Shown here piece by piece: positions 51,065-61,143 of a stretch of DNA of 64,000 bases. The translations under genes were made by a program, and so were the position numbers. The notes under the pieces were generated by a model. It saw only the letters and a program-made list of their open reading frames with translations, was not told the origin of the DNA and ran no database searches. Origin of the DNA: Candidatus Eiseniibacteriota bacterium (GTDB lineage: Bacteria > Eisenbacteria > RBG-16-71-46); the NCBI GenBank assembly GCA_963725865.1, contig CAVSAC010000019.1:32001-96000 (forward strand), read 5' to 3'. The first letter of the stretch is position 1. Each line of letters opens with the position of its first letter.

Positions 51065-51256
51065 TCAGTGGGCCATCGTGTCCGCGGGCATGCCAGTCGA
51101 GTCCATCGGCATCCCACCGGCCGTGTCAGCCGGCATCGTCGATGACTGATCGGCAGGCGGCGGCGTCTCCTCAGCCTTCTTGCCACAACCCACCACGGCG
51201 AGAGCGACAGTCATCGCCAGAAGGGCGACCATCGCGAGTGCGAAAAGCTTACGCAT
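51065..51256 (-). CDS. Small lipoprotein with Met/Asp-rich tail
   Basis: SD AGGAGGTG, lipobox VVGC-GKK, repeated MPADT. Confidence 0.75.
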   Translation of the reverse strand: MRKLFALAMVALLAMTVALAVVGCGKKAEETPPPADQSSTMPADTAGGMPMDSTGMPADTMAH

Positions 51257-51452
51257 CGTTTTTCTACTCACCTCCTCTCGGTCTCGCCGCGTCGGATCGG
51301 ATCCAAACGCGGCCCTACGATCTCAGATGCATTCCTGATCCATGTGCAGACCCCGCATCGGGGTACGACACTGGCAGCGTCCGTGAGCAGTTTCAAGATG
51401 TCGACGGGGGATCGCTGTGTGCTTGCCCTCGGGATGGGCAACAGGCGGCAGA

Positions 51453-51481
51453 ACCGTAGGGTTCGCCCCCCTGGATGTCAA
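51453..51481 (-). promoter_or_regulatory. Sigma70 promoter TTGACA-N17-TACGGT
   Basis: Consensus -35 and 17-bp spacer, pointing at the small lipoprotein gene. Confidence 0.55.
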
Positions 51482-51534
51482 GCGGGATTCTGGTGGGCTT
51501 CCGGCCGATGCTCTTCTTGTCCAAGACTTTGCGT

Positions 51535-52707
51535 TCACGTCCCCTGCAGCGCCTGGTCGAGGTCCGCCTGCAGGTCCGCGCAGTCCTCGATCCCGACCGA
51601 GAGCCGCAGCAGGCCGTCGGCGAAGCCCATCGCGAGCCGTGCCTCGCGCGGCACGGAGGCATGCGTCATCGAGGCCGGGTGACAGACCAGACTCTCGACC
51701 CCGCCCAGGCTCTCGGCCCGCGTGAACAGTCGGAAGCGGTCGAACACCCGGCGCCCCGCCTCCAGCGAGCCATCGCCCGGGATGAACGAGATCATGCCCC
51801 CGAAGCCCGAGGCCTGGCGCTGGGCCAGCTCGTGCTGCGGGTGCGATGCGAGCCCCGGATAGAACACCTGCGAGACCTTCGGGTGACGCGCCAGGGACTC
51901 CGCCAGAACGCGCGCGTTCTCCTCGTGCCGCTGCATACGCACCGCCAGCGTCTTGGTGCCGCGCAGGCACAGCCAGCAGTCCCACGGCCCCGGCACCGCG
52001 CCGGCCGCGTTCTGCAGGAAGCGCAGCGATTCGGCGAGGTCGTCACGGCTGGTGATCAGCGCGCCGCCCACCATGTCGCTGTGACCGTTGAGGTACTTGG
52101 TGACCGAGTGGAGCACCACGTCCGCGCCCAGGGCCAGCGGGCGCTGGAAGTACGGCGTCATGAACGTGTTGTCCACCACGGTCAGGATGCCGCGCGCCCG
52201 CGCGCGCCCGCTCACGGACGCGATGTCGGTCAGCTGCATCATCGGATTGGTCGGCGTCTCGACGAACAGCATCCGGGTGTTCGGCCGGAACGCGCGCTCG
52301 ACCGCCTCGGGATCGGTCGCCCGGACGAACGTGAACGTGAGCCCGAGCCGTTCGAGCACCTTCGTGAACAGGCGGTAGGTGCCGCCGTAGAGGTTGTCGC
52401 CCGCCACCACGTGGTCGCCCTGCGAGAGGGTCTGCATCAGGCAGTTGGTGGCCGCGAGGCCGGACCCGAAGCTGAAGCCATGCGTGCCGCCCTCGAGCGC
52501 CGCGAGGTTGCGTTCGAGCGCGAACCGGGTGGCGTTGTGGGTGCGCGCGTACTCGTACCCCTTGTGGCGGCCGAGCGCCTCCTGGGCGTACGTCGAGGTC
52601 TGGTAGACGGGGACCGTGACCGCGCCGGTGACGGGATCGGGCACCTGCCCCGCGTGGATCGCCTTGGTGCTGAAGCCCGAGTCGGGCGTCAGCGCGTCGT
52701 GGCTCAT
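51535..52707 (-). CDS. Cystathionine gamma-lyase / gamma-synthase family protein
   Basis: YQTSTY, YEYART, ETPTNP, VDNTF, HSVTKYLNGHSD, AESLGGVESL; coupled to the CBS gene. Confidence 0.93.
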   Translation of the reverse strand: MSHDALTPDSGFSTKAIHAGQVPDPVTGAVTVPVYQTSTYAQEALGRHKGYEYARTHNATRFALERNLAALEGGTHGFSFGSGLAATNCLMQTLSQGDHVVAGDNLYGGTYRLFTKVLERLGLTFTFVRATDPEAVERAFRPNTRMLFVETPTNPMMQLTDIASVSGRARARGILTVVDNTFMTPYFQRPLALGADVVLHSVTKYLNGHSDMVGGALITSRDDLAESLRFLQNAAGAVPGPWDCWLCLRGTKTLAVRMQRHEENARVLAESLARHPKVSQVFYPGLASHPQHELAQRQASGFGGMISFIPGDGSLEAGRRVFDRFRLFTRAESLGGVESLVCHPASMTHASVPREARLAMGFADGLLRLSVGIEDCADLQADLDQALQGT

Positions 52708-54095
52708 CACTCCCCTCCCGCGATGAACTGCAGCATGTCGAAGCGCGTCAGCACGCCGGTGATCGTGCCATGCTCGCGCACGAGCACCGCGGGATTGCGC
52801 GCCGCCATCAACCGCGTGACCTCGTCCGCGGAAGCGTCGGGCTCCACCACCGGCAGCGGCTCGGACATCAGGGCACGCACCGGCGCCTCGAGCGCGCGCG
52901 GGTCGGCGAGCACGCGCTTGAGCACGTCGCTGTCGTACAGCGTACCCACCAGCGTGTCGCCATCGAACACGGGCAGCTGCGAGATGTCGTGCTTCTGCAC
53001 GATCGCGAGCGCCTTGCGCAGCGGATCCCCGGCCTGCACCGCGAGCAGCGTGGGCACCGCGCCCTTGCCGGCCAGCACGGCTCCGACCCGCGTCACCACC
53101 GGGTCGAGCAGGTGGTTGTCGCGCATCCAGTCGTCGCTGTGCACCTTGGTCAGGTAGCGCTCGCCGGTGTCGGGCATCAGCACCACGACCAGGTCCCCGG
53201 GCTTCGCCGTCTTCGCCACCTCGATCGCCACCCACGTCGCCATGCCGGCCGAGCCGCCGACGAACACCGCCTCCTCGCGCACCAGTCGGCGCGCCATGTT
53301 GAGGCCGTCGCGGTCGGAGCACGAGATCAGGCGGTCGATCACCGTGAAGTCGAGCGCGCTCGGGATCATGTCCTCGCCCACGCCCTCGATCTTGTAAGGG
53401 TGCCCCTCGATGAGCTCGCCGGTCTCCTTGAAGTGCTTGAGGATCGAGCCCACCGGATCGGCGCCGATGACCTGGACCTTGGGGTTCTTCTCCTTGAGGT
53501 AGCGCCCGATGCCCGAGATGGTGCCGCCGGTGCCCGGGCCCGCGATGAAGTGCGTGATGCGCCCGCGCGTCTGCTCCCAGATCTCGGGTCCCGTGCTGCG
53601 GTAGTGGGCCTCCGGATTGTGGGGGTTGTGGTACTGGTTCATCAGGTACGCACCCGGGCGCTCGGCGGCGATGCGCCGCGCCACCGAGTAGTACGACTCG
53701 GGCGAGTCGGCGGGCACCGAGGTCGGCGTGATCACGACCTCCGCGCCGTAGGCCTTCAGCAGGTTGATCTTCTCGATCGACACCTTGTCGGGCATCACGA
53801 ACACCGCGCGGTAGCCCCTCACCGCGGCCACCATCGCCAGCCCCACCCCGGTGTTGCCCGAGGTGCACTCGACGATGGTGCCGCCCGGCTTCAGATGGCC
53901 CTCCCGCTCCGCCGCCTCGACCATCGCGAGCCCGATCCGGTCCTTCACGCTCCCACCGGGATTGAAGAACTCGAGCTTCGCCAGGATCGGGACCGCGACG
54001 CCTTCGGTGACCTTGCGCAGGCGGACGAGCGGGGTGTGGCCGACGGTCTCGAGGACGGTCTCGTGGTACTGGACTCCGTCGAGGGCATCACTCAC
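52707..54095 (-). CDS. Cystathionine beta-synthase with C-terminal CBS domains
   Basis: NPGGSVKDRIG, TSGNTG, GTGGT, YKIEGVGED, PDTGERY, CBS pair; start GTG 54095 (SD) or ATG 54134. Confidence 0.92.
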   Translation of the reverse strand: MSDALDGVQYHETVLETVGHTPLVRLRKVTEGVAVPILAKLEFFNPGGSVKDRIGLAMVEAAEREGHLKPGGTIVECTSGNTGVGLAMVAAVRGYRAVFVMPDKVSIEKINLLKAYGAEVVITPTSVPADSPESYYSVARRIAAERPGAYLMNQYHNPHNPEAHYRSTGPEIWEQTRGRITHFIAGPGTGGTISGIGRYLKEKNPKVQVIGADPVGSILKHFKETGELIEGHPYKIEGVGEDMIPSALDFTVIDRLISCSDRDGLNMARRLVREEAVFVGGSAGMATWVAIEVAKTAKPGDLVVVLMPDTGERYLTKVHSDDWMRDNHLLDPVVTRVGAVLAGKGAVPTLLAVQAGDPLRKALAIVQKHDISQLPVFDGDTLVGTLYDSDVLKRVLADPRALEAPVRALMSEPLPVVEPDASADEVTRLMAARNPAVLVREHGTITGVLTRFDMLQFIAGGE

Positions 54096-54205
54096 TGGAG
54101 CGGCTCCTGTGGGGTTGAGGATCGGGCGCGGCATGGATGGCCGGCGCGTCACCCGGCGACCCGTGGAACGGGGCGGGAGCCGCCGCGTGCGTGGGCCGGC
54201 CGGCG

Positions 54206-54235
54206 AGTCTAGGGGCGCATCCACTGCGCCGTCAA
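54206..54235 (-). promoter_or_regulatory. Sigma70 promoter TTGACG-N18-TAGACT for CBS-CGL
   Basis: Near-consensus hexamers upstream of the CBS gene. Confidence 0.55.
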
Positions 54236-54239
54236 CGGA

Positions 54240-54266
54240 ACGCGGGGCCCCACCGGGGCCCCGCGT
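54240..54266 (-). terminator. Hairpin after the selenoprotein gene
   Basis: 12-bp perfect stem ACGCGGGGCCCC/GGGGCCCCGCGT; weak U tract. Confidence 0.55.
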
Positions 54267-54295
54267 GGATCGCATCGCGAGCGAGCGGCGCGGTG

Positions 54296-55750
54296 CTACT
54301 TCGTCTTGGGCGGCGCGGCCGGAGCCGCCTGCTCGAGCATCTTCTTCATGCCCGGGTTCTGCGGCAGGGGCGGCAGCACTGCCGGCCGCTGGTGCAGGAT
54401 GTGCGGCTCGAACACCGCGAACGAGAAGTCCGGGCTCGTGGTGCCGTTGTGGCACTGCCGGCAGGTGGTCTCGGTGATGCGACGCGGCGAGGCCGCGAAC
54501 GCCTCGTGCTGGGTGCCCATCCCGTGGCAGTTCTCGCACTGCACGTTCGACATCGTGGGCGAGAGCGCGGCGGTCTGGAACCCCCCCGGCTTCTGGAAGC
54601 CGACCACGTGGCACTTCACGCAGTCGGGGTCGGCGTCCTTCTTGTTGTCGACCAGCGTCTGCCACGCCCGAGCGTGCGCCGTGGTGCGCCACTGCTCGGT
54701 CTCGGACTTGTGGCACCGCTCGCACACCGACATGCCCACGAAGTGGTCCGGGCTCGACTCGGCCGCGGCGAGCGCGCGCTGCGCCGCCTGCTCCTTCTCG
54801 GCGCGGCGCAGCTTCTCGTTGAGGTTGTCCTCGAACTGCTTCACCAGGCTCAGGATCTCGGGCTTTTCCGGGATCTCGGCGCCCAGCATGAAGACGTCCG
54901 CCGACAGCGAGTCGATCTTGCGGCCCCCGGCGTCGAGCGAGACGACCGTGTGCCCCACGTTCTGCCCCTGCTCGCCCCCGTAGACCGCGAGGGACTTCTT
55001 GATCAGGCGGCCCTGCGGGATCAGCGGGACGTTGCGGCCCAGGATCATCACGTCGATCCCGTCCACGTTCGTGCACAGGTCCTCGCCCTCGGCCTTGCCG
55101 AGGTTCGAGAGCGCCACGACGATGGTCGCACCCTTCTTGCGCAGGTCCGCGATGGTGCGCTGCGCGACCCCGCGCGGCTCCAGCACCTGGAGCGACTCGC
55201 GCGCCGGACCGAGGTCGCCCTGGTCGGTGATCAGTCCGAAGACGCCGATCTTGACCGTGCCCTTCTGGATCAGCAGCGACGCGGGGAAGATCGGCTTCTC
55301 GCTGCCCGCCTCGACCAGGTTCGCGCACGTCACCGGGAGCTTGTTGAGTTTCGCGTTCTCCCGCAGGTACGCGAGCCCGAACCGCAGGTCCCGCTCACCG
55401 ACCCCGACCGCGTCGGTGCCGAGCAGCGTCATGCTCTGCTGCAGGAACCACGAGGTGTCCTTGTGCGGATCGTCCTCGGGGAAGTAGCCGCCGTTGTCGA
55501 CCAGCAGGACGTTCGGGTAGAGCGCCTTCAGGCTGTCCACGTAGCTGGCCCGCCGGGCCAGCCCCCCACGGGGCGTGTGTCAGCCACAGGGGCTGGTCTT
55601 CCCCTTCACGTCGGCGGTCGAGATGATGACCACCTGGTTCGCATGGGAAGGGGTCGCCGGCTTCTTCGGGGCGGTCGCGCCCAGCAGCAGGACGGCGGCG
55701 ATCACGCCGATCGCGATCGACGCCAGGGCGCGGATGATCAACGACTTCAT
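54296..55750 (-). CDS. Putative selenoprotein: UshA/5'-nucleotidase-like domain with CxU motif fused to a tetraheme cytochrome c (Sec at TGA 55580-55582)
   Basis: In-frame read MKSLII...IISTADVKGKTSPCG(TGA)HTPRGGLARRASYVDSLK...; signal peptide before the TGA; SECIS-like hairpin after it; CERCH, CVKCH, CENCH, CRQCH. Confidence 0.85.
55538..55579 (-). promoter_or_regulatory. Bacterial SECIS-like element
   Basis: GCTGGCCC-GGC-GGGCCAGC 8-bp stem; G-first loop starts 25 nt after the UGA; possible lower stem CACG/CGTG. Confidence 0.7.
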
Positions 55751-55810
55751 GCGGTTCATCCTTCGGGAGCGAGGGCCAGTCGGAGCGCGGCAGGTCGTGA
55801 AGACGAGGGC

Positions 55811-55849
55811 CCGAGTCTAGGGGGCACGCTCCCGAGCGTCAAGACTCGG
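55811..55849 (-). promoter_or_regulatory. Sigma70 promoter TTGACG-N17-TAGACT within nested inverted repeats
   Basis: -35 at 55842-55837, -10 at 55819-55814; dyads CCGAGTCT/AGACTCGG and ACGCTC/GAGCGT. Confidence 0.6.
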
Positions 55850-55910
55850 CCGCGCCGTCGCTCGGGACGGGACGCGATCGCCCCGGGCGGGCCGGCGGCA
55901 CCGCGCGGGC

Positions 55911-56204
55911 TCACGCCTCGAGTCGGTACTTCGCCAGCAGGTCGCGCGCGGGCACCCGCCGGCCGGAGCCGGTGTGCACCACGCGCACCTCGAACCCGTA
56001 GCGATCGAGTCCGAAGTGGCGTTCGACCAGCCGTATCAGCCCGGCGACCGTGGCGTCGGCGCGAATCGTGCGGCCGCGCCGGCCCTGGCCGTGCGCGCGC
56101 GCGAGTCCGGCCTCGATCCCGTCCTGGTAGGCGCGCTTGAGAAGGCGTTGCATCCCGCGCCAGTGGGCGCGGCGCAGCGCCCGGAGCGATTGCACCTGGG
56201 TCAT
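55911..56204 (-). CDS. Hypothetical basic protein
   Basis: 97 aa, SD GGAGG, host-like codons, TIRADATV...FGL. Confidence 0.55.
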   Translation of the reverse strand: MTQVQSLRALRRAHWRGMQRLLKRAYQDGIEAGLARAHGQGRRGRTIRADATVAGLIRLVERHFGLDRYGFEVRVVHTGSGRRVPARDLLAKYRLEA

Positions 56205-56353
56205 GATGCCCTCCGCGGCGAGGACCTGGCCGCGCGCCACTCTAACACCGGCGCGCTCGGCCTTCGCGCGATTTCGCGCGTCTCGCGGGCGGAGCGCTGG
56301 CGCCGGCCGGAGTGGGGCGCTACTCTCGCGCGCGTCCGCCAACCGGAGTCGCG

Positions 56354-57169
56354 ATGGAATACGAAACACTGACCGAGATCGAGTGGGAGAAGGTGAATCG
56401 GGTGTGGGCGATGCTCGACGAGGGTCAGCTCGAGCGCGCACGCATCTCGCTCGACGCGCTGATGGCGGAGCGGCCGGGGCATCCGGACCTGCGCATCGTC
56501 GACGCGGCGATCGCCCTGGACGAGGGCGAGCCCCGGCGCGCGCTCCAGGCGCTGACGGGCGCCGAGCGCTCGGCGGACCCCGCCCTGTTCTTCCACCTGC
56601 GGGCGGTCACCCACTACGAGCTCGTGCAGTTCGAGGAGGCGCGCGACGACGCCGAGCGCGCGCTGGCCGTCCACCCCGACCTCGCCGAGGCCCACGACCT
56701 GCTCGCGCGGGTGTACGACCACCTGGGCGACCGCGAGCGAGCCGACGAGCACACGCGCGAGGCCGAAGCGATCGATCCGGATGCGTTTCCGCTGCCGCTG
56801 CAGGTGCCGCCCGAGCAATTCGACCGGCTGGTCGAGACCAGCGTGGCGGAGCTGCCGCCGGAGATCCGCAAGCATCTCGACGAGGTCCCGGTGCTGGTCG
56901 AGGACCTGCCCCAGCGCGACGTGCTGGTCGCCGACGCGCCCCCGCTCTCGCCGGATCTGCTGGGGCTGCACGTGGGCCCGGACCTGATCCGCCGCACGCA
57001 CCTCGACTCCCCGGCGGTCCACGTGATCTACCTGTTCCGCCGCAACCTGCTGCGCTCGTGCTCCGATCGCGACGAGCTGGAGCGCGAGGTGCGCATCACG
57101 GTGCTGCACGAGGTCGGGCACATGCTCGGACTCGACGAGGACGATCTCGACCGCTGGGGCCTGGCGTGA
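56354..57169 (+). CDS. TPR + minimal zincin metallopeptidase
   Basis: TPR-like helices, then LLGL, IYLFRRNL, TVLHEVGHMLGLDEDDL. Confidence 0.85.
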   Translation: MEYETLTEIEWEKVNRVWAMLDEGQLERARISLDALMAERPGHPDLRIVDAAIALDEGEPRRALQALTGAERSADPALFFHLRAVTHYELVQFEEARDDAERALAVHPDLAEAHDLLARVYDHLGDRERADEHTREAEAIDPDAFPLPLQVPPEQFDRLVETSVAELPPEIRKHLDEVPVLVEDLPQRDVLVADAPPLSPDLLGLHVGPDLIRRTHLDSPAVHVIYLFRRNLLRSCSDRDELEREVRITVLHEVGHMLGLDEDDLDRWGLA

Positions 57170-58212
57170 AGACGGCGCGGGGTCGGTCCGTGGCGCGGCG
57201 CGCACGCGCGCTCGCCGCGCTGGCGCTGGCCACCCTGCTCGCGGGCTGCGCGCGCCCGGGGCCGGCTCCGGCGCCGTCGAAGGGCGTGCCCACGCTCGCG
57301 GGCGCCGTGCAGGCCGGGGCGCTGATCGTGACGCACGGCGGCGTCGGCTCCGGGCCCGAGCTGGCGGACGGACCGCAGACCGCGGCCGCCCGCGGCCTCG
57401 ACACCCTGCTCGCACGCGGCGCGAGCCTCGACGGCGCGATCGCCGCGGTGACGGTGCTGGAGGACGACCATCGGTTCAACGCCGGCACCGGCGCCAACAT
57501 CCGGATCGACGGGCGCACGATCCAGATGGACGCATCGGTCATGAGCGGTGCCGGGCGCTTCGCCGCCGTGGCCGCGATCGAGCGGGTCACGAATCCCGTG
57601 CGCGTCGCCCGTGCGGTGATGGACACCCCGCACCTGCTGCTCGCGGGCGACGGTGCCACGCGCTTCGCGCATCGCGTGGGCTTCCCCGACGTGGTGCCCA
57701 CCTGCCCTGAGGCCGAGGCCCGGTACCACGCGCGGATGCTGCGGCTCGCCGAGCTCATGGGCCGCACCGACACCACGGCGTACGACTGGCGCACGGTCTG
57801 GAACTTCCCCGGCCCGATGCCGCCCGACGTGGTCGAGTGGGGCCGTCACGGCGACACCGTGGGCGCGGTGGCGCGCGACGCGCAGGGGAACTTCGCGGCC
57901 GCGCTCTCGACCGGCGGAACCTCGATCACGCTCTACGGACGCGTCGGCGACGTGCCGATCTACGGGGCCGGGCTGTTCGCCGGCCCGGCGGGCGCCGTCG
58001 CCTGCACCGGCGACGGCGAGGAGATCATCAAGCGCTTCATGGCCCACGCGGTCTACGAGCGCATGGCCCAGGGCAGCTCCGCGCGCGCGGCCGTCGAGCA
58101 GGCGGCGGCCAGCTTCCCCGGCGAATTCACCGTGGGGCTCATCGCGGTGGACCGGAACGGCTGGGGCGTGGCGGCCAATCGGTCGATGGCCTGGGGGATG
58201 GCGAAGCGCTGA
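57166..58212 (+). CDS. Isoaspartyl peptidase / L-asparaginase (Ntn hydrolase) with lipoprotein signal
   Basis: HGG, LEDD..FNAG, MDAS, D-TVGAVA, STGG, GRVGD, TGDGE; lipobox LLAGC. Confidence 0.9.
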   Translation: MKTARGRSVARRARALAALALATLLAGCARPGPAPAPSKGVPTLAGAVQAGALIVTHGGVGSGPELADGPQTAAARGLDTLLARGASLDGAIAAVTVLEDDHRFNAGTGANIRIDGRTIQMDASVMSGAGRFAAVAAIERVTNPVRVARAVMDTPHLLLAGDGATRFAHRVGFPDVVPTCPEAEARYHARMLRLAELMGRTDTTAYDWRTVWNFPGPMPPDVVEWGRHGDTVGAVARDAQGNFAAALSTGGTSITLYGRVGDVPIYGAGLFAGPAGAVACTGDGEEIIKRFMAHAVYERMAQGSSARAAVEQAAASFPGEFTVGLIAVDRNGWGVAANRSMAWGMAKR

Positions 58213-58337
58213 ACGCTCGCGCGCCGCGCTGCGCGAGCGGGTGTCGGCTGCCATGCAGTCGGCTGCCACGCATTCCCGGACCACGTCGATTCCGCTAGAC
58301 TTCGTGTACCCCCTGCGGCATCCCCACGAGGTGCGTC

Positions 58338-58529
58338 ATGCGCTGTGACAGTTGCGGCCGCGTGGTCTCGGAGCGGGAGCTCGGCCGCTGTCGCACGTGC
58401 GGCCTCGAAGGCCTCTGCCCCGAGTGCCTGCGCCAGATCACCGCGTCCGGTTGCCCCGACACGATGAGGCACGTGTGCCTGAACTACACGCCGTTCTGCG
58501 ATCGCACCCGCGCCGGCGAAGAGGAGTGA
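58338..58529 (+). CDS. Small Cys-rich putative Zn-binding protein
   Basis: SD GAGG, 63 aa, nine Cys including three CxxC; TAGACT -10 box upstream. Confidence 0.6.
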   Translation: MRCDSCGRVVSERELGRCRTCGLEGLCPECLRQITASGCPDTMRHVCLNYTPFCDRTRAGEEE

Positions 58530-58575
58530 GGCGCCGCACGCCGCGTCCTCCGGGAGTCGCCCGCACGCTGGCCGC

Positions 58576-58661
58576 CTAGCGCCGGCGGGCCCCGAAGAAC
58601 CACACCTGCACGAACACCACCAGCGCCGCACCGGCGACGGTCACCACCCACTGGATCGCGC

Positions 58662-58665
<4 letters not shown>
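58576..58665 (-). CDS. 29-aa single-TM peptide coupled to copA
   Basis: ATGA overlap with the copA stop; [29 protein letters not shown]. Confidence 0.6.
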
Positions 58666-61013
<2,348 letters not shown>

Positions 61014-61143
61014 GTCGGCGTCCTCCTCCCCCTCGCGCGGGCCGCGCGGCTTCTCACTCCGAGTGCCCATTCGGATGCGGAAGGACCCGCCGCGGAACGC
61101 GCCTGCGGAATCCACCGAGCCGACGACGGGGCCCCGCGCGACC

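Noticed and set aside
54206..55842. Shared TAGACT -10 box as a specific sulfur regulon signal
   Set aside because: TAGACT or TAGATT also precedes unrelated genes (near 33660, near 58296, tRNA operon), so it looks like the housekeeping -10.
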